A DNA stretch of 63,376 nt, filler included, from Choristocarpus tenellus KU-1152 (taxonomy: Eukaryota > Protista > Phaeophyceae), in assembly GCA_964200185.2 (NCBI GenBank). It is 9 parts of 9 records of this genome, joined end to end, with 100 filler letters (N's around TTAATTAATTAA, not from the genome) between each part and the next. Parts side by side here need not be neighbours in the genome. Positions count along the whole stretch, not along the records: positions 15,755 to 20,640 come from CAXNAD020012666.1; positions 20,741 to 48,665 come from CAXNAD020000135.1; 7 more parts are not named here. The stretch is one strand, 5' to 3'. A model generated the notes under the pieces. The model worked only from the letters and a program-made list of their open reading frames with translations. It had not been told where the DNA came from and searched no databases. The first letter of the stretch is position 1. Each line of letters begins with the position of its first letter. Below are positions 16,760-29,919 of the stretch, one piece after another. A program made the position numbers and the translations under genes.

Positions 16760-19170
16760 TACATCTCCTCCAATTTTCTTCGAGATGATCTGGTATTACA
16801 ACCACAATAAACCAGGAATATTAAATCTTCCCACAAAAGACTCAGTATCTTGGTTTTGCAAAGAGTAGGGCATGCAGCTAGTTCCTGGCACACTGCCTTT
16901 GCTCCCAGAACAAGGAAAGAGTCTCCACTACCTCCATTGTGGTGGGGTGTAGAGCTCTGATACAGGCGTAACTTTCCCATTGTGAATTTCGCGTATGTTT
17001 GGTGCCAGGTTAGAGTATACAGATTTTGAACAACTGTCTCCTCCAATACATTAAACCAGCAGTAATGTAGTTGCAGCATGTGACCTGACCAGATCCTGTT
17101 ACGGAGCCTAGAGGGTGCCCACCTCGAGACAAAATATTACATCCTTGCACTCTCTTCCAATAGTGCACAACCACAGCCTTTTCCCTTCATCAACCTGTAG
17201 TATTTCCGGTGGCCACTGCCAGGTATACCGTGAACAGCGCTCTTTGAAGCCTTTCCTCATCATTAAGGAAGCTCAGAAGCAGAAGGCCCACAACATGGCA
17301 ACAGCTGTACCCCCCTTGAGCAGTGAGAAACCACTTGGAATGGTTGACTACACCTCTCTGCCTCTTCATCTCACACGCCATCGCACAATAGCTTGAATGG
17401 ACTATCTATATTTACATTTATTCCCACAGGTCTTGTCTGTTTTCAGATGTGTGGCAGCATCTGTTGCGTTGAATGTCTTGTGGGAAGCACGTCTGAATTG
17501 TAAGTTCCACACCAACACTCGCCTACTAAACAACTACATCCCCCCACATGCTGACTGCAGAGTATTAGCCAGATGCACTGTTGAGATCAGGATTTCACTG
17601 ATTAGAGTCAAACATGTCCCCACTTCGAAATCGCGCATCTACTCAATCTTCATCGAGGTCACAAAATGGATTAAAAGATAGCCTCCTTTGCTCCACAATT
17701 CATCTCTTCAACATATTTTGTTGTTTCATCTTCTCGTATACGCTCTAGTCACAGGTGAGGAGGAACAAACAGAGATGGCCTCTCCAGCTGAATGGGAGAC
17801 ATCTGTCTTTGGGTGGGTTAGAAAATTGCTGTTTATACCTCATGCAACTTCTGTAGACCAATCCTCAAGTACCCAGTTTGTCCACATTATGAAGTATTTG
17901 ATACAGATATTTTTGTGAAAAACATGGACCCTCCTCAAAGATTGAGCATACAACTGTTCAAAAGCCCATGTGCATTGTCTTATGAAGCACAAGAAACGGG
18001 CATTAGCCTCTGTTCCTTTCCAGTGATGCAAAAGGGTAGCAGATGGAAAAGTCGTCAGCAGACATCCGCGAGGGGTCTTCCTGCGAAAAAATCACAGGAG
18101 TGATCTGTTAACTGGTGTTGAACCCAATTCCATGTTGAGATTTATTGTCGTTATCCTGGTTGCTGCTTGCCTTCAATAGCTCAGACTTCTGTTTCACCTC
18201 TGGGATATTCGTGTCACGAAATTTTGTGCTCTGGAGTACATACCTACCCCAAATAGATTGTGCCTCAGCCAAGTATACAGATCAACTTGCCCTGAACCCC
18301 TCTCCCCACAGCTGCATTTTGTTCATCACAACCATGTCTGGTGTCAGTAATAGCCTATATGTGATGCAGCAAGCTAGAAGTTTTCAAAATTTGAAGCAAG
18401 GTTTCATACAACAGGGTGACGTGCTCCTTTTGCTACCAACTTGATTCCAGGGACAGGGACCTCGGAGGCAGGGGCTCAAGGCACTATTATGAGATTACCC
18501 GAGAGGGCTCTTTGAACGATAATGGTAAGGAGGTGGAGGCAGTGTTGATCCCATAGGCTGTACATGCAACTTTGGGATGCAGTGAGGGCAGATCGAGGGA
18601 TTGTTGTGCTATTTCCTTGGTGAATTTCGTTTCACTTGCTCTTGTTGTTGACAGGTGTCGAAAAGACTTTGGAAATCGAACCCTGGTGCTTTTGAATGCA
18701 CTGGAAAAGGTAATCTTCTGGCAATTGTCCTTGCACTTTCCTTGCTCCGCTACCTAAACACATGTTCTCCTTGTTCCCTCATGTGTTAAACTGCTCCCAA
18801 ATTCTTACCAGCATACAGTCCTCGACACGGCCATGCTAGCAGAGGATCAGAAGAAGGAGAAGACTCTATCAACACTTGGGATGCTTGTGTAGTCGAAGGG
18901 AATGAGGAGGATGAGGAGGATGAGGAGGGAGAAGTGCAACCATTGCTTAGACCTAAACCGCAAGTACCAGAGAAGAACAATGCCAAACTAGTGGTGAGGT
19001 GAAGAACAACCACTGCTCAGGAGGAAGTGAGACTTGGGAGGTAGTTCAAGGGTTAGGATTACACAGAATGCACGAGAAGGAACAGAAGTCATCGGAAGTT
19101 CTACAATCATGGATATCTGAGTCTCAACGTCCCCAAAGGAAAACCAAGCTCGTCTTGCGCGTTGATCGTT
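16760..19170 (-). mobile_element. Highly decayed Ty1/Copia pol (RT-RNase H) relic
   Basis: Minus strand reads AQSIWGRYVL..K...KA...QHGIGF (about 18265-18120; cf. Copia RT i..rWV..K...KARLVa.G..Q..GiDf) and HYCWF...LYTLTWHQTYAKFT (RNase H end). A purine tract GGAGGAGA followed by TGT sits at about 16760. A Ser-rich linker lies at 18790-19040. Confidence 0.45.
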
Positions 19171-19475
19171 GAATCGGATTAATTGAAAAATATATGTATG
19201 ACTCTCTCATCACAAACACTTCACATCATTGCTCTCAAATTTAGAGGGTATAATCGCTCTGTAAGTCTTGTATGACAAGCCCCACCATTTCCACCCTTGC
19301 CCCCTCTGTATGGAATTGCATGTTTACCCCTGCCCCATGTGAAGGACAAGAGGCGAAATGAGCCCATCGATGACACAGAGGACTTGGTGAACTCCATAAA
19401 GGTAACAAGAAGTACAAGATCTGCTCAGGAGTTGCCTCAGAAAACTGTGTTGAGAAAACCACCTGCAAAGGTTTA

Positions 19476-19755
19476 GCCTAGCCATCAGCAGGTGGTCATC
19501 TTGAAGTCATTTCCCCTAAAAGGAACAAGAGAATATTCTCCATTATGCCTAGCCATCAGCAGGTGGTCATCTTGAAGTGATTCCCCCTTAAAGGGACATT
19601 TGAATATTCTCCATTATGCCTAGCCATCAGTAGGTGGCCATATTGAAGTGATTCCCCCTTGAAGGAACATGTGGAGATTCTCCATTGTGCCTAGCTATCA
19701 GTAGGTGGCTATATTGAAGTGATTCTCCCTTGAAGGAACATGTGAAGATTCTCTG
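19476..19755. repeat. 71-bp tandem repeat, 4 units
   Basis: GCCTAGC(C/T)ATCAG starts at 19476, 19547, 19618 and 19689. Whole units are similar, with progressive divergence along the array. Confidence 0.93.
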
Positions 19756-21848
19756 TTCATTGGATTCAGGAACAAAAATCTACTTGAAATTAATTGGCTC
19801 AGGCGTTGAGATATAGTGGATCCCACGAACTATGCTAGAGGATGTTTTAGGGAGCTACTCCGACCAAATCCAATAGCAGTAAGTCAACTTTGTACTCTGC
19901 ATCCACTACCATACGCGCACCATCTCTCACATATGCTAGAGATTTCAGCACAGCCGTCTTCCGTCACCACTGAGTTCCTGATAGAGAGATACGGATCTAT
20001 ACACACTGTTCCGACAAAGAAGTGCCGATCCACACACTGTATTGATGGTAACACACACGCCATCTTGTATCAACAAATCCCATTTCCCTCTGCGGTAGGA
20101 TTGGTTTGGAATTGGTTCCATCCCTGACGATGGTCAGTGGCTGGAACTTGTGAAGAGAGATACAGAGGCCGGAACCGTTACGCGCATGGGTGAGAATACG
20201 TCTTCATCCTATCCTTCTTCATTTCTGCATCCATAGAAAAGAAATGTTAGGGCTGTCACTGCCCCCTCTACAGTTTCTGTTCGCTGGAATTTTCCGCGTT
20301 TTCCACTAAAGCAGCACTCCATGAAGCGTCTGTTCCCTTAGCATTTCCAGATACTGATTTTACACCAGATCAAGATGTACTATTTCTAGTGGGGAGTCAT
20401 TGTCGTGATCTCGTTAGTGTAGTGCCCACACTTTCTCGTTACAGCATGTACGCTGAATAGTCAAACCTCAGATTCTGTGACAATTGATCAGTTCACAACT
20501 TGTGGCTACTGCTGCTCATGTTGTGCGAGAAGATGATAATAAACATGCAACAAACTTTCACCCTCGAGATGTGTTTCTGTTTTTGTTCTAGAAAAAAACG
20601 GTTTGCCCTGCAACCAACTGACCTGTCATCTGGGGGGGGGNNNNNNNNNNNNNNNNNNNNNNNNNNNNNNNNNNNNNNNNNNNNTTAATTAATTAANNNN
20701 NNNNNNNNNNNNNNNNNNNNNNNNNNNNNNNNNNNNNNNNGCGGAACAGGGCTTCCTAACAAACACAAGGACTTCCTACTTTTTTTTTGAGGGGGGGGGG
20801 GGGGGGGCGAGGATGGGAGCACACCACTTACACCTTTTTTATTTTTGCACATTGATTCTGGAGGCGTGATTGTAGAGATTCCAAACAAGAGTCCTCCTTA
20901 CTACTATGTCGTGCGATGATGGATTGATACATACATACGTTGGGACATGGATTTTAGAAGGGGAGGGATTTGGATCTTGGAAAGATCTTGGAAAGTGTTG
21001 CGATATGATCATGCAGACCTCGCCTGCTTCGCGTTGAAATCCCAAGATTCAAGATTTCGACTTGAGAGTCAGTTTTTTTTTTGTGCATCAAGTCAAAAAT
21101 GTATACAGGCACTTGAAAAAAAAAAAAGTTCAGCTCAAGAAAAAAAAAAAGCATCTCTTTTGGTTTGGTGGGCGCTCTTCATCGTGAAGTGCGTGATGCC
21201 TTAGTGTACGATGAACTCTTTGCAGCAATTCTCATGGTCTTACCTCCTTGTCAACGATAAGCTAGATCTTTCCATGTTTTTGGTGGGAAGACACTGCGTC
21301 TACCGCAACTAGCAGAGTTTTGTTGACCCATACTTTTTTTTAGCTCCTCTTTTTCATTTCAGACCACAGTATTTTATTTTTCTACTGACAGTTAGTTGCC
21401 TTTCTCACGGTGTCTGTACTCTCTCTCGCCCAAGAATTGTAGGTTTAGTCTTGAAATACTGCCATGTCCGACAACAATTTTGTGCTGATCCATGTGGTTC
21501 GTCTTCTGTTCCAACTGTGAAACTGCTGTGTATGTTGTTTTGTGTGTACACCCACCCTCCCCTTGCTTTTATGTGTATGGCAGGACGGGGATGTGGGGGA
21601 GGGGCGGTACTTGGATGCTGTGGAGGAGAAGACCTTGGCAGAAGGAATGTCTGCCCTGGACATGGGCTTCTAGAAAGAGAGGTGTTGGCTATGTTTTTAT
21701 ACTCTGCTGTGATTGGGCGGAATGTGACTGATGCGAGAGATTGCCTGGATGTACTTTGAGGGCAACTTGCCGCTGTTCTTGGGTATGTGTTCATTTCAGA
21801 ATATAGTCTACCTGCGGCAGTGCTTTTATACTCTGCTTTGTATCAATC

Positions 21849-21854
<6 letters not shown>

Positions 21855-21883
<29 letters not shown>

Positions 21884-22008
21884 TAAGCTATGTTCACAGT
21901 CTTGTCTGTTATGTTAATATACTAATATGTGTGGTCTTTTTTTGTTTTCTTTCTCTTTGTTCAAAATGTGATTGTACTTGTGGTGTGTGTGTGTGTGTGT
22001 GTGTGTGT
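21855..22008. repeat. (GA)n and (TG)n microsatellites
   Basis: AG run at about 21856-21882 and GT run at about 21983-22008. Confidence 0.9.
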
Positions 22009-24358
22009 ATGGCTACTTGTTGCCTGCAGTGCTTTGTTGCAAGTTGATGTAACCCAATCCGCCTTGCTCAGTCCAGTGTGTTCCTGTGCTTCCTAGTGCC
22101 GTATGTGTGTGAGGGGGTGTCTGTGATGGTAGGCACTAAGGTGTACTTGGCGAGGCAAACATGTGTGAGTGTTGATCTGTACTGCAGTTGTTGATCCCTA
22201 GCACAGATAGGTGGTATATCCGCAGCCTCCAATAGATGTCTGTTTGGGCATGCTTTCACCTCACTCTTATTTCATGACGTGTATTTTGATAAAACACACC
22301 AAGCACACAAGATGTCCTTCTGAAGGGAGTAGGGGTACATAAATTCGTTGACCGTCTGTAGTGCATGGAGAGGGAGATTGAACGGCGTAATCAAGTAGAT
22401 TTTATATTTTACTACCCTGCCCCCACACTTCGCTGCTGTTAGAAGGGGGTGTGGATGAGAACACAAAATGAAATCCGAAGTCCTCATTGGTCGGGTGGGG
22501 AGGATGAGGGGGGGGTGTGTGTGTGAGAAGCGACACATTCGTAATGTTGGCCAAGGTGTAAACTGCTGCTATGATACAACCAAGTGTTAGTGATGAAGGG
22601 GTGCTGCATTGGGCGTGGGATCGAATCTTAGATCCTCTGGTTTTCTTCTGAGACAAGGAGGTCATGCAGAATTGGGAGGGGTCTGCATATTTAACGCTTG
22701 GGCTGCCTCTTACGGTTATGAAAAGATGATACCCGAATTTTTCAAGATATGGTCGTGGTTCATATTCTGATTATTATTATTTTTTATTCAGCATCAGGAA
22801 GCAAGTACCCACGCGTGGGTGGGTGTATAATGATTGGCCTATCTGAGCAGTCGTTGAAGAGTGGAGTTTTATCAATTCAGTTGATGCACATCACACCCCC
22901 CCGAAAGCGTTGGAATGAAAAGTTGGCAATCGAAATACTATGATAGATAGATAGGTTGACCACCTGATAACATGTGCTACTCCTTGGGATAAAAATCGAG
23001 TACTGTTAGGGGTGCTGGGAATATAATGTGAAGAAATCAGCAATACAACGAAAGTGCTCAAACACTAATTTTCTCCCTATGCATATGTCCACATGGTTCT
23101 CAGCCTCATGACAGTGTGATTCTCAGGGGGTAAAAATGCCCCCACACTGTTGAAATACCTATAAATGCAGATGTACAGCGCACTACTTGGTTGTAGTGTA
23201 CAAAATTGATCATTTCAGATTGATCTCTATTTCGACTCCACCCACTCAGACAGACTTAATCGAGACGGTGATTGCCATCATATTCTTATGACTCAAGACT
23301 TCCCCAATCAAAAGTTATTGAAAAACACAACTGCAACCGCCTGCTTTGTCCCTTGTTTGTGTCCTACAAAACATGGTCAGAGTTTTGCATCTAACCCTAA
23401 CCCTGGTTGGTCAGAGTGTTGTATCTAACCCTAACCCTAGTCGAGTTTTGCATCTTGCACGCAAAAACTGGTCTTGCTGGGATGATGTATCCTTGCCCAT
23501 CCAAATATATGAGTGAGATTGGAGCAACTCATTTCGACCATCCTTTGTTAGTGGTTCAAAAACCGAATACTCTTCAACATCAATCAAAGCAAACACTGCA
23601 TACTATACATACTACATATATCGAATGTTCCAAGCACTACAAACCCTAACCCTAGAGTTATTAAATACTGAAAAAAGAAAAAAGTTAGTCTTCCTACTCC
23701 TACGCGTTTCGAAGTATGCATCACACCAGAGACCGCTACATACAATATAATCTTGAGCACTTCTCCGGTGTTGGAAGAGTGTGTTCCTATCTGTGTGCTT
23801 TTTCCACTCCAACTCTGTAACACCACATTGATTAAGTAACAGTAAGATTGAAATAAACATGCCACTGAGAGTCATCGTTAGTACTAACAACAATGAGCCT
23901 CCTCCACAATATAGAAACAGTACGTACTTTGTTTTAGTAAATCATAGTTCGTACATTTCCTTCAAGTGAACCCTCATCAGGCTAGAGAACCCCTTCATTC
24001 TACCAACAGACCACATAAGTCGTGTGCTGACAACACCACAACCCTTGCTAAACAGGTCTTAATGACCATCTTCATACAAATAAAATATCAACATGACCCA
24101 TGTGCCCGGAGCCTCAAAGCAGTCTTGCCCTATGCCAATTGACAAGGTACACACATTCACCTCCATCAGAGATTTGGATCAGTGAATAATGGTTGGGGGA
24201 GGGGTTATTAGCAGCAAAACACATCTGAAGCAACCCCACTTGAGAACATTTCCCTCGACAAAAAAACTCCCCATCTTCACACTCCTTGATCGAAATTCAA
24301 CAACTGCACAACAATAGAATGGACGCACACCTTCCCCCCTGCCCCTCATCCAGCTCTA

Positions 24359-26040
24359 TCACAACCTTCGTTCACCACTGCTAAACGTCAAGGCTGACAG
24401 CTGCGTCTGTAGGTCATCCCTATCAGCCTCCAATTCCACCCGAGCCATCTTTTCCTCTGCCAATTCCCTCTCCATGCGGTCCAGGGCTTGTCCCCTCTCT
24501 GATCGTTGGAACTTTTCAACATCCGCAAGTTTGTCCTCCAGGACTGCACACTCTCGTCGCAGGCCGGAGCGCTCTACCCTTAGGGAGTCCACCTTTTTTT
24601 GGGTAGTAATGATTAGTGAGGTGGAGTGGAGGTACTTCCAGCGAGCTGAAGCACACGCTGTGACTGTGGTTTCGAATTCAAACATCCAAACATACTTGTA
24701 CTAAGCATTGCTCACAACTGAATCCTTTCAAGAACGAAGGATGGAGTCGTTTCTGTATACAGAAGGTTGTTGAGGCATCAACTGCCAGCAAATCTACAGG
24801 GCATGTGTGTGTGCAGACAATTTTTGGGATTCAGGCGGAGATTAACAACCTGTTTTCGCCATTTTGATACAGTCGATACATAGGGTACAGAACGTGGACG
24901 TCTCACACTTTGGATTGGGGATGACAGTAGATTGTTCCGACGAAATTGTTGTTCATTGAAGGAGTATATTCCGGCGGGAGCAAGGCCATAGACATACTAG
25001 GGCAACCTGCCGAGTGATAAACAAACATCCTCATTATCATACACTTTTTGCAGCCCGCATCCCCGAGCTACAATCCTCTCTCACCTTTTTCCCTGCCTCT
25101 GCCAGACGGTGTTTTACCGCGCTGTACTTTTTTTGGAGGGTAGCCTCTGCTACCTCGGATGCTTTCAGCTTCACGCTACATATTTCCAATTCCGACCGAA
25201 AAGACTGCGCCTCCTGCTCCCCTTTCTGCAGGGCTTGCCTGAGTTCAATCACTTCCCGAGCTAGAGTCGATGCTTGCTCTTTGGCTGTTTCTTTGGCGGC
25301 GTCTGCCTCCTCGACACCTGATTGAAGTCGGAAGATTGAGGCTTTCGCAATGGAGAGCTGACTCCTGAGGTCTGATACGGTGCGCTCTGTGTTTTCTCTC
25401 TGTTCGACTATCTGACCCTAGGGAGGGGGTAATAGCGCGTACAATAGTTCGACGTTAGGATGGTATTTGAGAGCTGAGCAGATGATGGGGTATGTAGGAC
25501 TTGTTCTCATGAAGACGAGTTAGAAAGCCTGGAAGTGTATAAAGGATGAGCTTCACTTAATCTAGGTGGCAGAAACAGCACCACCAGAGGACTGCCTCAC
25601 TTATCGACACACTGAGGGCCATCAATAATTTTGCGTACACAACTACACGCTTGGTTTGAAAAGGAAGCACTCACTTCAAGTTTCTGAACAGTGGAAGCCG
25701 CGCTTGCCCGCTTTGCCTCCACATTTTTCTGGGATTCCTCAATCTCCGACAACCTAGCCTCAATTTTTCCATTTGCACTGGCTTGCTTCCCAAGCTGAGA
25801 CTGGAGATGTCGTATCTCGGCATTTAGGGCTTGTTGTAGAGTCTGACAATCACTATGGATTTGACTCCCCTCATGTTGGCAATTCCCAACACCTGATGTC
25901 TCACTCGCGGCGTCGAAGCGGGCACAAGCCTTTTGGAGGGCCAGATGCCACTGAGCCCAGTATCCTACCTGATGAATATCGACTAGGGCACTCGCTTGAG
26001 GGTGTCCTGTGAGGATTTGACGTGGTCGTTTAGTCCTCAT
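24359..26040 (-). CDS. Coiled-coil protein of unknown function (at least 3 exons; ends uncertain)
   Basis: Exons at about 25675-26040, 25085-25417 and 24359-24592 join in phase 0 at GT-AG sites. Heptad E/Q/K/L/A-rich sequence (LQQALNAEIRHLQSQL, RMERELAEEKMARVELEADRDDLQTQL). Confidence 0.72.
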
Positions 26041-27467
26041 CTGAGAATCGAGGTTGTGATGTACAAGAATCAGGACACAACCAGGAGATTACCAACCATA
26101 AGCAAGCTCAGTATCTGGGAACCAATTCCAACAAGTAGACGATCTAGCCAGACATGGAGATGTAGAAGAAGGCAGGAGACACTACAAAAAGGGTAGTGTC
26201 TCTGTACTACCGCAAATAATCTGGAAAAATCAAACATAAACTACGTACATCTCATTAAAACGTCAACTCTCCGTGGCCAAGAGGCGCGATAGCGGGCCCA
26301 ATCTATGAAAATTTCTGTTGCACAAAGAAATATGTTATTTGACAGCTAACTTGCCCCTTGATTGGCTGGTAGTGACCTTTTGCCTTGTCTGCTGTCCTTG
26401 ACCCTTATTTCGATATATATCGGAGTGAAGGATACACCCTAAAAACACCACGGAAGCATTTCCGCCTAGTAACTATGAATCCTACAATACAGCTTGCTTT
26501 TCAGTTCGCAGGTTTTTTAAGGTGTTTATGTGGTGGATGTTCGGTTTTGAGTGGATCATATCACAAAATCATTAAGAAATATATGTAGTGGTTTCCATAA
26601 TAAGTATGAGATTGTGATCCTCATGGTTAAGACCCAGCAAAATACTCTTGTCTATCACGCTACCAATCTGTACATCTCAACCCCCACCTTTCACCTGACA
26701 TCTTTCTTTGTTGGTCCAGATCCTCCATTATTATTATCAGCCTTTTCCCTTCAAGATTCGAGATCTGAGGTAGATACTCTGTATATCAAAGAATGGGCTG
26801 AGAAATGTAGAGGAAACGTGCCCCAGGCAATAATGTGGGCAATGATGGTTGATAATATATTTACAACCCAAATATTTCACCTCATCATCCATTACTTGTT
26901 GAAGCTTTAGTTTCAACGCAACAATAACATAACAATTTCGTTGAGTTCAAAACCTACCCTGCTGTTTTTCCATTGTAGCATAGAGTCAACAGCTTTGAAA
27001 TCAGTAAACTCCTTGAAAAATTTGGAGTAAAGGCATCTTTCTGCACCTACCCCTTCCATGTAGTAACAAGTGGAATACTGGTTATTTTCCTTTTAGAGAA
27101 CAGAGCAAGAAAGGGCTCCACTTTATTATGCTGCAGTTCCCGCGTGGAGCCTGACCTACAAGGTTTGCCCAATATTTCACATATTTTGTGTTGGGTAGCA
27201 TCATGGGGACATCACTTGGCAATAAATCCATTTACTCCATGGTGTTCAGCAAATGCTACATAAGGCAAGTTAGACATCATGCTACTCGTGGTCTCAGCTG
27301 CCACAAAACAATATGCACATCTCTATCTACATACTCTAAACTGCTCACCAAACTAACAAACCTTCCTCTGAACTATCAATACCCTTAACCCATACCAAAG
27401 CTTAATGCCAGAATATTTTCATGAACAAGTAAACATGACATCGTTTCTATCGTTGAACACTATCAAT

Positions 27468-27631
27468 GGGTCAAAGTATCTGGGTGGTGGTGGGGGGGTT
27501 GTGAGGGGGCTCCGTTTCGGTCAAACAACCTTTTTTTTTGCTGGCATTTCAAATCTGACATGTGCGACCAAATCACACCAAAAAAGGGTGAAAAACGGAC
27601 GCTGGCAACCCCCCCCCAGATACTTTGACCC
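27468..27631. mobile_element. MITE family C, complete copy (164 bp)
   Basis: Inverted ends GGGTCAAAGTATCTGGG ... CCCAGATACTTTGACCC with an AAT/AAT duplication. Single ends also occur at about 31-62, 15755-15785, 36770-36788 and 48628-48650. Confidence 0.85.
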
Positions 27632-28396
27632 AATAAATTTCATCTTAAACCACAAAAAACGTATGTAAATACAATTCGTGACCTTGAGCAGAAATGGTGT
27701 TGCCAGCTTAAAATGCCAAGAAACTACAATTGACTGAGGGGTTATATTGGAATGAAGATAGGCTATGCACAGCCTGGGTGGAACAAGCCAACATGACCAC
27801 AGTGCTTGCATATAGTGTCACAATATTGCTGTATGCGATTCAAACATTCATAAACTACAGGTTGACATGTAATCAAGGCGAAAATGTACACAACTCATTG
27901 CAGACCCGAGGACAGGTCACTTAAAACAAAACTGTTTCGTTGTTGAGAGAGCATGAACTTTTCTCCTCGAAAGTGGAGTGGGAAACGATAGCTGACAGAC
28001 GACACTCTAGAATGAAAGATAGTCAATTTTCTTCAAAAATGAGAATTTCTAAGAGGTTCATAGTGCGATTTGGGAACAGGAAGTGATAGTCGTTATGTGA
28101 GCAGTGCTAAACTGGCCGTCTGAGGTATAAAATATTTTGGAAGATTGTTGTATCTAATTTTACCTCATTAAAAAGAATGCAGCAAAGATTTTGATTGATA
28201 CCCCTATAAAACGAGGATGAGAAAGGTACATTTCAGCAATAGGAAAATAGATAGATGACTGCTCTGTGAAGATACTTTTAATGTGTTCCATTATGCCTCC
28301 AGGGATTATGGTCCAGCACCTTCATCACCACTCTAGCAAGCGTATCTTGCTTGAGGTGGGAAACAGGTCATTCCACCCCCCAAATCTAAGTTAAAC

Positions 28397-29495
28397 TCAG
28401 TCTTCCTCCTCACTAGCATCCGTGCTATTGATAGCGAAGTATCGCAGTTCATACGTGGTCTTGTTGCTGGCAATAACATGCATGTAGTCACGCAGCTGCT
28501 GCTTCTTCAGGTACTTCTTGGTCAGATACTTCAGGTACCGCTTGGAGAAGGGGGCTTGAGCAGTGATAGTCAGGCGAGCCTGTAATCACATCAGACCGAG
28601 AAAAAGATAGGTAAAGACGGGTTTGTTTAAGTGGAACACAGCTTAATGTAATTCCACTCTCAGAAAGGTTAGCAACTTGGTCAGAAGATCAAAACTCAAT
28701 TTTACAAATGAATAAATATATATACCGCTGGGGGGGGGTTGCGACATTAGAGTCAAGCACTGCTTGCTTCACCTGTCACGATAAATGTCCTGTGCATGCA
28801 AAAGGATGTAACTACCTACACGAGAACCAAGTGATCAGCGCATACCTTCTCCCTGGAGATGGTGACCACATCTCCAAGGGCACCAGCCTTGCCGTTGACC
28901 TTGATCCTATCGTGGAGGAACTTCTCGAATGATGCCGGGTCAAGGACACGATCCTCGACTGGGATGAAGCAGTCGATAACAAACTTCACCGTCTGCTTCT
29001 TGGCAGACTTCTTGGCCTTGGGCTGGAGTGGTACGGGTATGGAAAAGAATAGAACGGGGATATGGGGGCGACGACACGAGGTACCACCACGCGACGGGGG
29101 TCATAAAATAACGACCCATGTGGATGGTGAAATTCATGATCAGATTTAATCAAGAGCGCGAGGTACCATGGCACATGCCGAACTAATGCCCCTAAAACAC
29201 GATCCTGTACACCCTTGGTCGATATTTCCAAAACTTTTCCATCGCACGGTTTGAGTAGCTACAACAATCTCTGTCGCCTGGTGACCGTGTGTGCAAACCA
29301 CAGAGAAGATAACTCTGCGGGTGTCCACAAGGCAAGACCCGTGCGCGCGACAAGTCTCAGCCACCTTTAACGCTAAGGGGAGGACATGACCCACGGCAGA
29401 GAAGGGAGCTCTGCTCGGCACTACACAGAGAAGGGGGCTCTGCATGGAGGGCATAAACCTAGGAACACGATGCACACACTCACCGCAGGAGGCAT
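28397..29495 (-). CDS. RPL22: 60S ribosomal protein L22 (eL22), complete, 123 aa
   Basis: Exons 29484-29495 (MPPA), 28846-29022 ([38 protein letters not shown]) and 28397-28579 ([39 protein letters not shown], stop). All GT-AG, phase 0. Missed by the ORF track. Confidence 0.97.
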
Positions 29496-29919
29496 GGTTG
29501 ATTTTTTCGAAGTTGATCGAAATCGAGATGGGGGGAGGAATGAAAAGGTTACCAGAAGTCACACGACCACCAAATCTTCACCCACCAACCAAAAATGTTT
29601 GCCGTTGCCGGTTTTATTCCCAAACATCAAATAGGCGTTTGGAAAGGTTGTGCATGGCCACTGAGGCAAACTCCTCCTTTACAAAACTACATCTTGGAAC
29701 TTGAAACGATTCTCTAACACTTCAGTTGCTCTGGTTGAGTGCGAAAGTCGTTGATCTTTAGTGTCCACTGCACGTCCTTTTTAGATCATATTTCGAATCC
29801 ACTGGAGGTGCTCTTGAAAATTGCCTGGCGAGTTGACGAGCCTTCAATAAATCACGAACGGAGGTTATATCCCGGACTTCGAGACGACACCGACAGATCT
29901 GTGACGGTCTGTGGTGATC
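29496..29919. promoter_or_regulatory. Putative bidirectional promoter between RPL22 and MRT4
   Basis: Only 424 bp separates the two divergent start codons. No specific motif assigned. Confidence 0.6.

Noticed and set aside
19476-19755. CRISPR-like array
   Set aside because: The entire 71-bp unit is repeated with no unique spacers; the context is eukaryotic and there are no cas genes. The same applies to the 89-bp and 48-bp repeats.
28580-29483. Intronic snoRNAs in RPL22 (and MRT4) introns
   Set aside because: Looked for sense-strand RTGATGA...CTGA pairs and saw none convincing. H/ACA RNAs cannot be excluded by eye.
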